A DNA stretch of 64,000 nt from an uncultured Candidatus Saccharibacteria bacterium (GCA_964520545.1 CAZFOD010000003.1:20728-84727); one strand, 5' to 3'. Shown: positions 10,883 to 21,490, counted from the first letter of the stretch. Translations and numbers: made by a program. The notes: generated from the letters alone by a model not told the origin.

Positions 10883-11437
10883 ATGTACAAGAACATAATC
10901 ATCACATTCTTCGTAATTGTCTTCATTGTTGCAGGTATTGCTTTGTTGTTTGATAGGAATTCATCAGAGCCTGTATCTGCACCGGAAACACCAACCCCAT
11001 CAGCAAAGGCGAGTATGGTTCCATATTCAAATACTGAATATGGCATCTCTTTTGAATATCCATCAAACTTGTATCTTAGTGAAAAAGAAATGAGTTCTTC
11101 AAGTCCAGAGTTTTCCATCTCACTTGTAGAAAGTAGTTCTACAGTTGAAGAATCTCCAGTTTCAATTTTTGTTGATGTGTACAAGAACAAAAATGATCTT
11201 AGTGCAAAGGAATGGATTTCTAAAGAAACAAATTGGACTGTGGCAGGTCAAACTATGAAGGATGTTGAAGTCAGAGGGCTTGCAGGTGTCATATATACAT
11301 ATGACGGGTTGTACCCAGGTAAGGCGTATGTTTTTACCTCTAAGGGGCGCACATATGTCCTTTCGGTAAACTGGCTTAGCTTGAACGATCAACTCATCAA
11401 AGATTTTGATATGATCATCAATTCGCTGGGTATATAA
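10883..11437 (+). CDS. membrane-anchored PsbP-related protein
   Basis: N-terminal TM, YSNTEYGISFEYP start motif, FDMIINSL end typical of PsbP-like folds. Confidence 0.6.
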   Translation: MYKNIIITFFVIVFIVAGIALLFDRNSSEPVSAPETPTPSAKASMVPYSNTEYGISFEYPSNLYLSEKEMSSSSPEFSISLVESSSTVEESPVSIFVDVYKNKNDLSAKEWISKETNWTVAGQTMKDVEVRGLAGVIYTYDGLYPGKAYVFTSKGRTYVLSVNWLSLNDQLIKDFDMIINSLGI

Positions 11438-11449
11438 ACAACTATTGAT

Positions 11450-12394
11450 ATGAAATTTAGCATCATCATTTGCGGCTACAATGAAGCGCAATATTTAAAT
11501 GCTTGTTTTGAGTCTTGTTTAAATCAGCAATATTCTAAAGCGGAGTATGAAATCATATTCATCGACAATTGCTCATCAGATGACACTGCAAGTATTGTTT
11601 TAAAGTATCCAGAAGTAAGGACAGCGGTGGAATTGCGACGTGGCCCTGCTGAGGCTCGTAACAAAGGTATATCGATGGCAAAAGGTGATACATTTCTCTT
11701 CCTTGATGCTGACGCAGAACTTGCCCCGACATATCTCACAAATTGCGAACAGGTATTTAAAAGTGATGATAAAATCGGCGCTGTAACAGGAAAAGTTTTG
11801 CCTTCAGTAAGTACATGGATATCAAACTATCAAGGGGTTGCAATACTTGAGAATTACCCACGATACAATCGAAGAAAAAATATGCTCGCGTGTCCGAGTT
11901 GTAACCTAGTAGTACGAAGAGACGTGATCTCCAAAACTGGAGGCTTTCTTGAAGGAATTCCTTCTCCCTCAGGTGTTAATCGATCAGGAGAAGATAAGGA
12001 GCTTTGTGAAAGAATACGAAAGGAAGGATTTAGGATTGTGTATGATCCGAGTATATCTATTAGACACGATAATGCTCGAACCTTTCGAAGGCTTTTTTCA
12101 ATATGGACCAAGGGGGCAAGATCAAGGGCTACTACGATATCGATGGGCAAGAGTGATTTGTCGAGCGTATTGTTTCGATACAACATTCCATTTCTTTTAA
12201 TTCTTGGATCTATACTTTTCCCAAAACTATTAGGGACGATATGCCTTCTAGTATTAGTTTCTCTTTGTGTTAGTTCATTTAAAAATACGGGTATGTTTGT
12301 GCAGAGTTTTTTTATAAAGCCATGGATGGATATCTTGGCACTTGTTAGTATAAATATATCGGTGCTGTATTACAGGATTACTATAAAATCATGA
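11450..12394 (+). CDS. family 2 glycosyltransferase
   Basis: SIIICGYN, IDNCSSD, ARNKG, FLDAD, GED motifs; C-terminal TM. Confidence 0.92.
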   Translation: MKFSIIICGYNEAQYLNACFESCLNQQYSKAEYEIIFIDNCSSDDTASIVLKYPEVRTAVELRRGPAEARNKGISMAKGDTFLFLDADAELAPTYLTNCEQVFKSDDKIGAVTGKVLPSVSTWISNYQGVAILENYPRYNRRKNMLACPSCNLVVRRDVISKTGGFLEGIPSPSGVNRSGEDKELCERIRKEGFRIVYDPSISIRHDNARTFRRLFSIWTKGARSRATTISMGKSDLSSVLFRYNIPFLLILGSILFPKLLGTICLLVLVSLCVSSFKNTGMFVQSFFIKPWMDILALVSINISVLYYRITIKS

Positions 12395-13674
12395 TTGAGT
12401 ATTTTATAAAAGCATATCATGATCATAAGGGGCATATTCCAAACATCTTGTGGCAAGTGTTGTATGCGGTAGGGAAACAGATATTTATTCTAGGTGTCTT
12501 TGTAATGGGGATTTTCTTGTTGAATCCGTATGACTTTGGTTTGTATAATTATGTTACGGCAATCTTACTACTCTTTGTATTATTTGGAGACTTTGGTATT
12601 TCAATGGCAGCATCAAAGTTTGTAGCTCATTACAGGGCACTAGATCATGAGCGAGAAGGAGCTGTGCTATGGAATGCTACGCTCTTTGCGCTCTTGTTCA
12701 TAGTTTTATCAGGGGGAGTTCTTTCTCTGTTTGCACCAAGACTTTTTGGTGAAAACGCACGTTATCTATATGTCCTTTTCCCTTCTCTTCTATTTCTCCC
12801 TCTGGGATATTTGTATGCAGGAATATATCGAGGTGTAGGAAGATTTAAGGCAACCGCTTGGATAACTTTCTTTGTAGGTATATTTAGTCTGGTTATTACT
12901 TTTTTTCTGATGCGAACTTATGGGTTGCACGGAGCCTTGTGGGGAAACAACATCTTCTCTTTTTTACTTTTTGTAAGTCTTGCTCTGGGATACCGTAAGT
13001 GGTCTTGGAAATTAGATGTTGGGCTTATGAAAATTATTGGTTCATACTCTTTGATATTAGGCTTCACGGGGCTTAGCTATTACCTCTACAGCCGAGTCGA
13101 CATCATTCTCCTTGGTAAGTTCAATTACATCGCGGAAATCGGCTTCTATGAGCTCATAAACAAGGTATTTATGATACTCGCGGCACCGTTCATGATATTG
13201 GCACAGGCCATTGGCCCCATGGTAAGCGGTATGCACGCCAGAGGAGAATTTAAGAGGGTTTTACATACATACAAGCAACTGATGTTTTTGAGCCTTGTAG
13301 GAGCATTGTTGCTCACTATCGGAACATATTTTGTTGCACCTATTGTCCTTAGATCAAGTTTTACTCACTATGCAAATCCAATGTTCATCAATGCGCTCTA
13401 TATCTCACTCATCATGCTCATCGGACAATCACTTTCAACTGTGACAGCTATTGGCTTTAGTGTTTCAACAGGACATGCGAATATTAATATGTATTTTCTT
13501 TTGATATGTGGAATCATAAACATCCCACTAACATATTTTTTCATTAAAGCCTTTGGGTTCATGGGGGCAATTTACGCCACTGTCATCATCCGGTGCCTCA
13601 CCGACATATTGTTCATCACATACTATTACTTCGTTCTTAGGAAAAAGGCAGTCTACTTGTTTGGAGGAAAGTAA
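12391..13674 (+). CDS. Wzx-type oligosaccharide flippase (MOP superfamily)
   Basis: About 12 TM helices, DFGLY, GDFGI, RVDIILLG, GFMGA motifs. Confidence 0.85.
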   Translation: MIEYFIKAYHDHKGHIPNILWQVLYAVGKQIFILGVFVMGIFLLNPYDFGLYNYVTAILLLFVLFGDFGISMAASKFVAHYRALDHEREGAVLWNATLFALLFIVLSGGVLSLFAPRLFGENARYLYVLFPSLLFLPLGYLYAGIYRGVGRFKATAWITFFVGIFSLVITFFLMRTYGLHGALWGNNIFSFLLFVSLALGYRKWSWKLDVGLMKIIGSYSLILGFTGLSYYLYSRVDIILLGKFNYIAEIGFYELINKVFMILAAPFMILAQAIGPMVSGMHARGEFKRVLHTYKQLMFLSLVGALLLTIGTYFVAPIVLRSSFTHYANPMFINALYISLIMLIGQSLSTVTAIGFSVSTGHANINMYFLLICGIINIPLTYFFIKAFGFMGAIYATVIIRCLTDILFITYYYFVLRKKAVYLFGGK

Positions 13675-15650
13675 TATATCAGTCCGCCTTTGTCTTGATA
13701 TACAACCTTACCTAGGCTGTTTAGAAATGGAATGAACTCTGGACCCATATTTCGTGCTGGGAAACTAAATATGTAATATGCAGGTTTTTTAACTTTCCCG
13801 ATGTCTCGATAGTCTAGTTCAGAAGAGTTTACATACTCATCGTTTGTAAGTAGCCCTGTGTCATTGTTGACGACGATATAGTCTGGAGAAGTTTCTAGCA
13901 GGAGATAGTAGGGAGTTGAAAAGCCTTTGTCTGTGAGCATTGTTGCTGTACCTAATGCTCCTGTTGAAACAATGTAGTTTAAGGCAGCATCGTAATTCGC
14001 ATTCTTTGCTGTATTTTTGGAGTTTCTTTCTGTTGCAGAGTTTCCTTCAACCCATCCTCCGTATGCTGTGGTTGTAAGGAGGGTAAGAATTAACATTGAA
14101 AAGACAAATCGTTGAAAGCCATTCTTTAAAGCTTCTGTATATCGCACTAGTACATATGCAACTGTGATTGTAAGGAACGGGAGAGCTGGATATATATATC
14201 TAATGGCGGAAGCTGAATATCCTTGGTATGCAACGATGGAATACCATCCTGCTGTAATTGAGAATATGTAGAGAATTCTTCTGTTTAAAGTTGTGAAGAG
14301 AAGCGGAAGAAGCAGTACACCTATTACCACAATATATGAATATTGGTTGACTGAGAGATAGTGAAAGAATTCCCCGAAAGGTTTGTCTGGCTGTAACATC
14401 TTCCAGTCCGGTTGAGGATATTTAATGAGCTGAATTAGTTTAAAGTTACTTCCATTGTCATAAGCAATCTTTGCAACTAATGTAAAGAAACTTAGAAACG
14501 TTATGAGTAACGACTTAGGATCTTTGTTAAATATAAATATGAGAATACCTACTGCAATGAGGGGATATAGGATGAATCCGACTAATTCCTGAGTATCAAA
14601 GCAAACTACTCCAATAAGAAGAATCCAGATGATGGTAAAAATAATCTTTGCCTTCAATTCTGGATTTCCAAAGTTTCTCATTACCCCCGCGGCTTTTGAA
14701 TACCAATTAGTTTTGGTGATAAGATCATCGAGTCTGATTAAAAGAAAGCAAAGTATTACAAACAGCGAAGTAAACATTTCGTAAAATCTCGCCTCTCTAA
14801 ACATGCTCACAGATATCCATGAGAAACTAAAAAGCGCAGAAGCAATGATTCCTACTTTCTTGTTATGTACATATGAACCAAGGAAGAATACTCCAAGTAA
14901 GCTTGCGAGAAAGAAAGGAATATTGGCGACTCGAGCTGCAATGTACACATCAAACCCACTGAAGGTGTCTAAAAACCAAGCAAGGTAATGGTGATATATG
15001 ATGGCACGATCGTAGAACATACCACTTAGAAGACTTTGCCCTAGACCTGCATTGATTTGCTTTGCTACCAATACGGTAGTTGTCTCATCAATCCACAACT
15101 CAAGACTTGTGAGCTGTATGATCCGCATGAATATACCTGCGAGTAGTACGAGGATGAATGCTGCAGAGTATGTTGCTAATTCTGCGAGTGAATCTTCTTG
15201 CCCCTTCTTTGTGCTTGTAAGTGAAGTTGTTGAAGCATCTACCTCTCGATCTCTCGAAAGAGATATGGTGAGATGTGCTGAGATATATAGTATGCCTAAT
15301 AAGAGAAGGTTTAATTCTAGAGGGTTAATAAATGTGTTTTTCTGGATATATTGAGATGTTTCAAGGCCAGCAATATATACATACATTTGGAGCACGAGAC
15401 AGAGGCAGAATACAAGGGCAGAAGATGTGTATACTCGTGCTTTCCATGTATCTGAAAGGCTGTGCAGTTTTTCTGATAGTGAGTAGCTAAAAAACGGAAG
15501 TGTTATCAATATGAGCGTAAAGTAATCGATTAAGTTCCTTGTACTTAAGATATTGAATTGAGAAAGGGCGTACAGAATAAGTAGAGTAGGTGAGAGCATC
15601 CATCCTAGTGGAACAAGAAAATGTTTTTTGAATATATATAGTCTATTCAT
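13653..15650 (-). CDS. GT-C fold membrane glycosyltransferase (PMT/ArnT-like)
   Basis: Polytopic membrane protein with LWIDE acidic motif, REARFY, RYIYP. Confidence 0.8.
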   Translation of the reverse strand: MNRLYIFKKHFLVPLGWMLSPTLLILYALSQFNILSTRNLIDYFTLILITLPFFSYSLSEKLHSLSDTWKARVYTSSALVFCLCLVLQMYVYIAGLETSQYIQKNTFINPLELNLLLLGILYISAHLTISLSRDREVDASTTSLTSTKKGQEDSLAELATYSAAFILVLLAGIFMRIIQLTSLELWIDETTTVLVAKQINAGLGQSLLSGMFYDRAIIYHHYLAWFLDTFSGFDVYIAARVANIPFFLASLLGVFFLGSYVHNKKVGIIASALFSFSWISVSMFREARFYEMFTSLFVILCFLLIRLDDLITKTNWYSKAAGVMRNFGNPELKAKIIFTIIWILLIGVVCFDTQELVGFILYPLIAVGILIFIFNKDPKSLLITFLSFFTLVAKIAYDNGSNFKLIQLIKYPQPDWKMLQPDKPFGEFFHYLSVNQYSYIVVIGVLLLPLLFTTLNRRILYIFSITAGWYSIVAYQGYSASAIRYIYPALPFLTITVAYVLVRYTEALKNGFQRFVFSMLILTLLTTTAYGGWVEGNSATERNSKNTAKNANYDAALNYIVSTGALGTATMLTDKGFSTPYYLLLETSPDYIVVNNDTGLLTNDEYVNSSELDYRDIGKVKKPAYYIFSFPARNMGPEFIPFLNSLGKVVYQDKGGLIYYFPPNK

Positions 15651-16770
15651 TGACCTTAAGTGTTATTGACCGCAGGATTCCTTCTGATGTTGTATTGAAA
15701 ATGAATACTCTAGTATCGGCAGTGGAACCTTTAATGATTGCAGTGTCACTTGTTTTAAAGACAAGTTCATTAGAGAACTTTAAAGAGAATACGCACCCCT
15801 TGAAATTTGGATTTGATCCATTATTGTGATCAGTCTTTCCAAGACTAAGAGGGCTTCTTCCGTACTTGTCCCAGATGATATCTTTGCCAATTGATTTTCT
15901 TCCAGCAAAGTTTCCATCTACGAATAATTCTATATACCCATCTTTGCTTGAATCTTTAGATGGATTGTATTGAGCAAGAAGATCATGCTTTTTATTAAAG
16001 AATGCTTGTGTGACCGGATATCTTAGTATGTAAAATTCACCCTTTGCATCGTTTACTCTGCCAATCCTGAATGTTACGTTATCTTTATTTTGAATTAATT
16101 CCCAATTAAAGTGACCTACAATCTGTTGGTTACTATTTTTTCCATCTGTAGGCTTCCACTCTGTATATATACTGAAGGGACCTCTCTCGAACTTATCAAA
16201 CGAATCTTTTAGTTCTAATCTGTTTGTGCCGTCAAATTGGGTGCATCCATCAGCGTATGTTGCTTCTCCAAAAAAGTCTGATGATGGAACCCCTTTATTA
16301 AAATCCCAAGAATTATCCCAGACAGCTTCCTTTGGAAGGGGATCTATAGCTGATGGAATTATTTCAATATTCTCTCCTTTGGCTACTGCAACCATGTCAG
16401 CTTTTGTTAATACTGCCTTTGTTTTGAATACAGCACTTGCTGTATCGGTTACTTCTCGAAACGTGTAAGGGTTACCGTCAGTATCAACGCCGCTCTTTCT
16501 TGCAGAGAGGCCCTTTGATTCTTCAAGATGAAAATCACCGACGGTATCACTCAGTGCTCCAGCTTGAATGGTGACAGTCCGGGAATATCCTAGCGGTAAT
16601 ATGTTCCAGTACAAAACATACAATATTAAGAAAAGTGGAATGATAGCAGCAAGAATTCGCAAACTCAATACAAGAGGCCCTCGCGGTGTCACGGGAGCGG
16701 GTGGGGGAATTGGTTTCGGAGCAATTGGGGAAACGGGAACGTATGGTTGATATGGAGTACTTTCATTCAT
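15643..16770 (-). CDS. membrane-anchored LamG/concanavalin-A-like domain protein
   Basis: Pro-rich N-terminus, TM helix, FDG..FSIYTEWKP, ELFVDG, FKG jellyroll motifs. Confidence 0.7.
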   Translation of the reverse strand: MNESTPYQPYVPVSPIAPKPIPPPAPVTPRGPLVLSLRILAAIIPLFLILYVLYWNILPLGYSRTVTIQAGALSDTVGDFHLEESKGLSARKSGVDTDGNPYTFREVTDTASAVFKTKAVLTKADMVAVAKGENIEIIPSAIDPLPKEAVWDNSWDFNKGVPSSDFFGEATYADGCTQFDGTNRLELKDSFDKFERGPFSIYTEWKPTDGKNSNQQIVGHFNWELIQNKDNVTFRIGRVNDAKGEFYILRYPVTQAFFNKKHDLLAQYNPSKDSSKDGYIELFVDGNFAGRKSIGKDIIWDKYGRSPLSLGKTDHNNGSNPNFKGCVFSLKFSNELVFKTSDTAIIKGSTADTRVFIFNTTSEGILRSITLKVNE

Positions 16771-16953
16771 CTATATGTAAAATATTATAACCTACAAACA
16801 TTTAATGCAATGACCGGAATGCATATTCTCCTTAATTGTTTGAATAAAATAGGTTTCTGATATACCCTCATAGGAGAGCCGGAAATATTCGGCCAGCTAT
16901 ATGCGCAGCTTAACGCGCAGTTTTAAGAACATTGATTTGAAAGGCTGAACATT

Positions 16954-17637
16954 ATGTTTCGAAACACGTCACAATGGACGCATCTTTTTGAGGAGAGGGA
17001 TGCATTGTGGATACACGGCGGAAACCCCAAACAGCCGCACGTTATCCTACATTCTGGGAAACACTCAAGCGCCTACTTCATGGCAAAGCTTGTAACGGAA
17101 GACGATACGCTGAGAAGTGAGATGGTCTCTGATCTTCTCGACCTTCTCATTGAAAGAGGTTTTGATGTTGAGGTCGTTGATCGGATCGTCGGTCCTGCTA
17201 CGGGCGCAACAAAGCTCGCGGTGAGCCTTGCTGCGGAGATCACTAAACGGCGTGGTCGCATCTGTCGATCTGCATCACTCGAAAAGCTTAGCAATGGAGC
17301 TAACCTTCGGATGGTCTTCAAGAAGCTGGACGATTGTGTTCAAAGTGGGGAAAACGTTTTGATCATTGAAGATGCGTTTACCACCGGCAGCAGTGTCAGG
17401 CTTGCTCAACTTGCCGTTGTTGCACAGGGCGGTATATGCCCGCCCTACGTTCTGACGTTGATGAATCGCTCCGGACGTAATTTCCACAATGGCTACAGGG
17501 TCATCTCGCTTGTCAATCGCTATCTGCCCATCTGGGATGGCAAAGATGACTGTCAGTTGTGCTCCATCCGCTCTGAGGCCATCCTTCCGAAGGAACCGGC
17601 GTCCAATTGGGAGCGTCTCAAGCGGGGGCGACGATAA
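16954..17637 (+). CDS. pyrE: orotate phosphoribosyltransferase-like protein
   Basis: LHSGKHS, GPATGA, PRPP-binding VLIIEDAFTTGSS. Confidence 0.75.
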   Translation: MFRNTSQWTHLFEERDALWIHGGNPKQPHVILHSGKHSSAYFMAKLVTEDDTLRSEMVSDLLDLLIERGFDVEVVDRIVGPATGATKLAVSLAAEITKRRGRICRSASLEKLSNGANLRMVFKKLDDCVQSGENVLIIEDAFTTGSSVRLAQLAVVAQGGICPPYVLTLMNRSGRNFHNGYRVISLVNRYLPIWDGKDDCQLCSIRSEAILPKEPASNWERLKRGRR

Positions 17638-17647
17638 TGATCGGCAT

Positions 17648-17706
17648 TAAAAAGAGCGTCTTTTTCCAAGCACCTTCAGGGGTTGCGAAGAGAAAGACGC
17701 TTTTTT
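17648..17706. terminator. bidirectional terminator between pyrE-like and mltG
   Basis: AAAAGAGCGTCTTT...AAAGACGCTTTTTT long hairpin. Confidence 0.7.
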
Positions 17707-18559
17707 ATTTCAAATACCTTTCAATATTCTTCTTGTGGTCTTCGTAGTTTGCAGTGCAGTGTATTTTTCTATTATTGTCGTGGATGTAGAAAATACATTT
17801 TGTATTGACGGGGTTGTACGCTGCTTCAATGGCATCAACGCTCGGGTTGGCGATTGCTGTTGGCGGTAGTCCTTTGTATTTGTATGTATTGTATGGAGAT
17901 TCTAGATATTTATCCTCTGACTTAACCTGAGGCCACCACTCTGTTGTTGTACCTTTTGCATACTGAAGGGTAGCGTCCATTTGGAGGTTCATACCGTTGA
18001 ACATTCTGTTCCAGATGATGCCGGAAATGAGACGCATGTCTTCCTTACCAGCAGCTTCTCTTTGGATGATTGATGCAATACGAACTGCGGTGTCGAGGTT
18101 AACATTCTTTTTGAGGTTTCCTGTTTTCTTACTCAGTACCTTCTTTTGAATCGTTTTGTTGAAATTATCAATCATTTCGTTTCCAACTTGTGCGCCTCCT
18201 GTGTCTTTGCTGAACCAATAGCTACCTGGGAGGTAGTAGCCATCAACCTCTGTATCTGTGCCTGTCTCGAGACCGGCGGCACTTAAAAATGCTTCTTTAT
18301 TCTGGTCGTTCCAAGCTAGTGTTTTACCGTAGAGGTCTGCTATTTCCTCCTTTCTCATGCCAGGAGTTACTCGTACGAATCTCATGGACGGATTGGCCAT
18401 ATTGGAGTAGAACTCAAGAGGGTCAATACCCTGGGAATTAAGGAAGTAGGTAGAACCCCCTATGGTCGCTGCAAATATAGCTATTAGGAGGGCTGCGCGA
18501 TTACGCCACTTTCTGTACTCCGCTGGTTGTTGCCTTCGAGGTGCTGATTTAAGACCCAT
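17705..18559 (-). CDS. mltG: endolytic transglycosylase MltG (paralog 1)
   Basis: ASIIQRE, LQMDAT, SPYNTYKYKGLPPTAIANP. Confidence 0.9.
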   Translation of the reverse strand: MGLKSAPRRQQPAEYRKWRNRAALLIAIFAATIGGSTYFLNSQGIDPLEFYSNMANPSMRFVRVTPGMRKEEIADLYGKTLAWNDQNKEAFLSAAGLETGTDTEVDGYYLPGSYWFSKDTGGAQVGNEMIDNFNKTIQKKVLSKKTGNLKKNVNLDTAVRIASIIQREAAGKEDMRLISGIIWNRMFNGMNLQMDATLQYAKGTTTEWWPQVKSEDKYLESPYNTYKYKGLPPTAIANPSVDAIEAAYNPVNTKCIFYIHDNNRKIHCTANYEDHKKNIERYLK

Positions 18560-18581
18560 ATGCTACCATTATAAGTCACGG

Positions 18582-18607
18582 TGTAATAAAAGCGAAGCTT
18601 TTACGTC
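18582..18607 (+). promoter_or_regulatory. ECF-type promoter, probably autoregulatory
   Basis: TGTAAT-16 nt-CGTC, 7 nt upstream of the ECF sigma ATG. Confidence 0.6.
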
Positions 18608-18614
18608 ATTATCT

Positions 18615-19163
18615 ATGTCAAAACAGAGTCGCCCGACAAACCAGTCCGCCAGTAAAAAGGAACGTTTTTCGGCGATATACGAGGAACACGCAGATGCGGT
18701 CTTCCGTTTTGCAAGCTACAAGCTCTCTGATAGGGAAAAAGCAAAAGATATTGTTCAGGAATCGTTCGTCAAATTGTGGGAATACATGTCCTCAGATGAG
18801 ACGGTCGATAATCCAAGAGCGCTCATTTTTCGTATAGCTTCGAATTCGATAGTGGATTATTATCGAAAGCGCAAAGATATCTCTCTAGACCTCTTAGCTG
18901 TCGATGGATTCGATCCAACCGACGAGGGTAATGAGGCAGGGAGAATTGTAGACAAATCAGATGGTAAGTTGGCACTCCTGCTTTTAAACCAGCTTGAACA
19001 ACCACTTCGTGATCTTCTGCTTCTGCGATATGTTGACGGCTTGTCGGTCAAAGAAATTGCCGAGGTACAGCGTGAAAGAGAAAATACAGTTTCCGTAAGG
19101 CTCCACAGAGCAATGAAAGAGTTGCGAGAGCTTTATGAAAGAAATGATACCCATGATAAATAA
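18615..19163 (+). CDS. ECF RNA polymerase sigma factor
   Basis: Region 2 AKDIVQESF..IASNSIVDYYRK, region 4 LSVKEIA..VSVRLHRA; start moved to ATG 18615. Confidence 0.92.
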   Translation: MSKQSRPTNQSASKKERFSAIYEEHADAVFRFASYKLSDREKAKDIVQESFVKLWEYMSSDETVDNPRALIFRIASNSIVDYYRKRKDISLDLLAVDGFDPTDEGNEAGRIVDKSDGKLALLLLNQLEQPLRDLLLLRYVDGLSVKEIAEVQRERENTVSVRLHRAMKELRELYERNDTHDK

Positions 19164-20181
19164 ATCATTCGACAATTTTATAGAATCATTGAAGGCTGTA
19201 AAGCTTTCAGTTGAAGAAAAGAGCAACATACTTGCTCGTACTTTTGCTGTTATTGAAGATATAGAGGCAGCTTCATCAAAGGCCCCTGTAGCTTCTCCAT
19301 TTTCAACAGCTCCTTGGAATATATATTTTGTACATCGTAAATTTGTTCCATCACTCGTCATTGTCGCCATCCTTTTTGTAACAGGAGGTGCATCTCTTGC
19401 TGCTGAAGCAGCACTTCCAGGTGACTCTCTCTATTCCGTAAAAGTAAACGTGAACGAAGAAGTTCGAGGATTTACTGCTGTAACTCCAGAATCTAAAGCT
19501 CGTGTTGCTGTAGAGGCAACAGAACGACGACTTCAAGAGGTTGCGACACTCTCAGCTCGAGGAAAGCTAAATGACCAAACAAAAGCCATTGCGCAGCAAG
19601 AATTTAAGAAGCGTGCAACACAGGTGCAAAGCCGTGTTGCTTCGTTGGTTTCTGAAAATAATCTAACAGCAGCACAAGAGGTTGCTGTTAACTACGAATC
19701 ATCACTTCGAGCTCACGAAGTCATTCTTGAAAGGATTTCTGAAGACCAGCCTGATGAGAATACAGAACAACACCTCTCATCTTTCATTGCTTCTGTGAAG
19801 ACCGAACTCGCTACAACAACAGATGCTCGAGTGAACATACAAGACAAACAAGTTAAATCAACAATTGATCCAAAGGCAACAGCAGAGTTAAACTTGAAGA
19901 ACGTTCTTTCCCAGACTGATGAGACTTTGAACATGAGGACTGAGAATAAGACGTTGTTGGGGACAACTACAACAGCACTTGTTGGAGGAAAGATATCAGA
20001 AGCACAGGTTCTTACAGTAAAGGCAGAAGGATTCATGGCAAGTAGCAGCTATTCAGAAGCAATTCTCACATTGCAACAGGCAGCTACAGTACTAAGTGAT
20101 GCACAGGGAATCATGAGTGTAGAGGTAGGACTTGATGTTGATGTAAAGAAAGTGACAGGTGCGACAGTAATCATAAAGTAA
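19135..20181 (+). CDS. DUF5667-domain protein, putative anti-sigma factor
   Basis: Single TM followed by ALPGDSLYSVK motif; overlaps ECF gene. Confidence 0.7.
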   Translation: MKEMIPMINKSFDNFIESLKAVKLSVEEKSNILARTFAVIEDIEAASSKAPVASPFSTAPWNIYFVHRKFVPSLVIVAILFVTGGASLAAEAALPGDSLYSVKVNVNEEVRGFTAVTPESKARVAVEATERRLQEVATLSARGKLNDQTKAIAQQEFKKRATQVQSRVASLVSENNLTAAQEVAVNYESSLRAHEVILERISEDQPDENTEQHLSSFIASVKTELATTTDARVNIQDKQVKSTIDPKATAELNLKNVLSQTDETLNMRTENKTLLGTTTTALVGGKISEAQVLTVKAEGFMASSSYSEAILTLQQAATVLSDAQGIMSVEVGLDVDVKKVTGATVIIK

Positions 20182-20194
20182 TAATTTTAACCGC

Positions 20195-21481
20195 ATGGCT
20201 CATACGCCGGTCTCGATTGTCATATTCGGCGTCACAGGTGATCTTGCGAGAGGTAAAATCATCCCTGCAATCTTTGATCTGTATAGACATGGGGATATTG
20301 GAGAAGACTTTTCTGTCATTGGGTATGGACGGAAGGTGTTATGCGCTGAAGAATTCTCATCTCTCATTAATGACGCTATAGCCCTAAAGTATCCTGATAA
20401 GAATCCAAAATCTCTTCGCCAGGCACGGCGATTCATAGACAAGTGTACATATGTACAAGGAGAACTTGCTGAAAAGAAAGGGTATGATCTCCTCAAGGAA
20501 GCAACCAAGGGTAGTGGACGAAATATCTTTTTTCTTTCGGTCCATCCTGAGCTCCATTCCACAATCATTTCACAGCTCGGCAAAGAGAAGCTTCTAAACA
20601 AGGAGAGTCAGATAATGATAGAGAAGCCTTTTGGACATGATGCGGTGTCAGCTGCATCTTTGGATGCGCTTTTACGACGATATATACAAGAAAATCAGAT
20701 ATATCGAGTTGACCACTATCTCGGCAAGTCGGCATTAATAGATGTAATTGAACGCAGAAGAAATGATCCGGATTTTGAAAGAGCTCTGGGCTATATTAAG
20801 GAAATAAAGGTATCACTTTGGGAAACTAAGACTGTTGCAAGAAGAGGTGCATTTTACGATATTGTAGGTGCCTTGAAAGATGTGGGACAAAATCACCTAC
20901 TTCAAATGCTTGCTGTAATTCTCTCTTCCAAGTCTGTGCTGTCTCCAGACGCAACGAAAGTTCAGAAGGCTCGTGCCGGCGCCATCTCTTCTTTGCGTAT
21001 TAAAACTCCTGTTATGAGGGGTCAGTATGTAAAATATCATGACGAGCCTGGTGTTAATCCCTACTCTGAAACCGAAACATTTTTCAGTATTAATGCCTCA
21101 ACGGTTTTAGCGAGACACAGAAAGGCCAATATTTACCTATCCGCAGGTAAGGCATTGTCTGAAAGTCGAGCTGATATATATATTAAGTTTAGTAAGCCGG
21201 TTAAGCTCAAAGAAGGTGTTATTAAGGAGATGATTTTTACAATTAACACACCACTCGGGCTATCTAATTCCGCTGGCCGTAATAGGGAAGCATATGAAAT
21301 GATATTTCTGGCAGTTCTTAAAAAAGACCAGAAACTATTCTGTTCACTAGACGAAGCGATAGCCGGTTGGAAGTTTGATGAACGAGTAAGAGGTTTTTGG
21401 AAGCAACACGAGACACCACTTCAGCGTTATGAGGTTGGGGGGACAATACACATATCAAAGAAATTGGACTCTGTGATATAA
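20195..21481 (+). CDS. zwf: glucose-6-phosphate 1-dehydrogenase
   Basis: FGVTGDLA, EKPFG, YRVDHYLGK, DVGQNHLLQ. Confidence 0.92.
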   Translation: MAHTPVSIVIFGVTGDLARGKIIPAIFDLYRHGDIGEDFSVIGYGRKVLCAEEFSSLINDAIALKYPDKNPKSLRQARRFIDKCTYVQGELAEKKGYDLLKEATKGSGRNIFFLSVHPELHSTIISQLGKEKLLNKESQIMIEKPFGHDAVSAASLDALLRRYIQENQIYRVDHYLGKSALIDVIERRRNDPDFERALGYIKEIKVSLWETKTVARRGAFYDIVGALKDVGQNHLLQMLAVILSSKSVLSPDATKVQKARAGAISSLRIKTPVMRGQYVKYHDEPGVNPYSETETFFSINASTVLARHRKANIYLSAGKALSESRADIYIKFSKPVKLKEGVIKEMIFTINTPLGLSNSAGRNREAYEMIFLAVLKKDQKLFCSLDEAIAGWKFDERVRGFWKQHETPLQRYEVGGTIHISKKLDSVI

Positions 21482-21490
21482 TTTGGGGAC

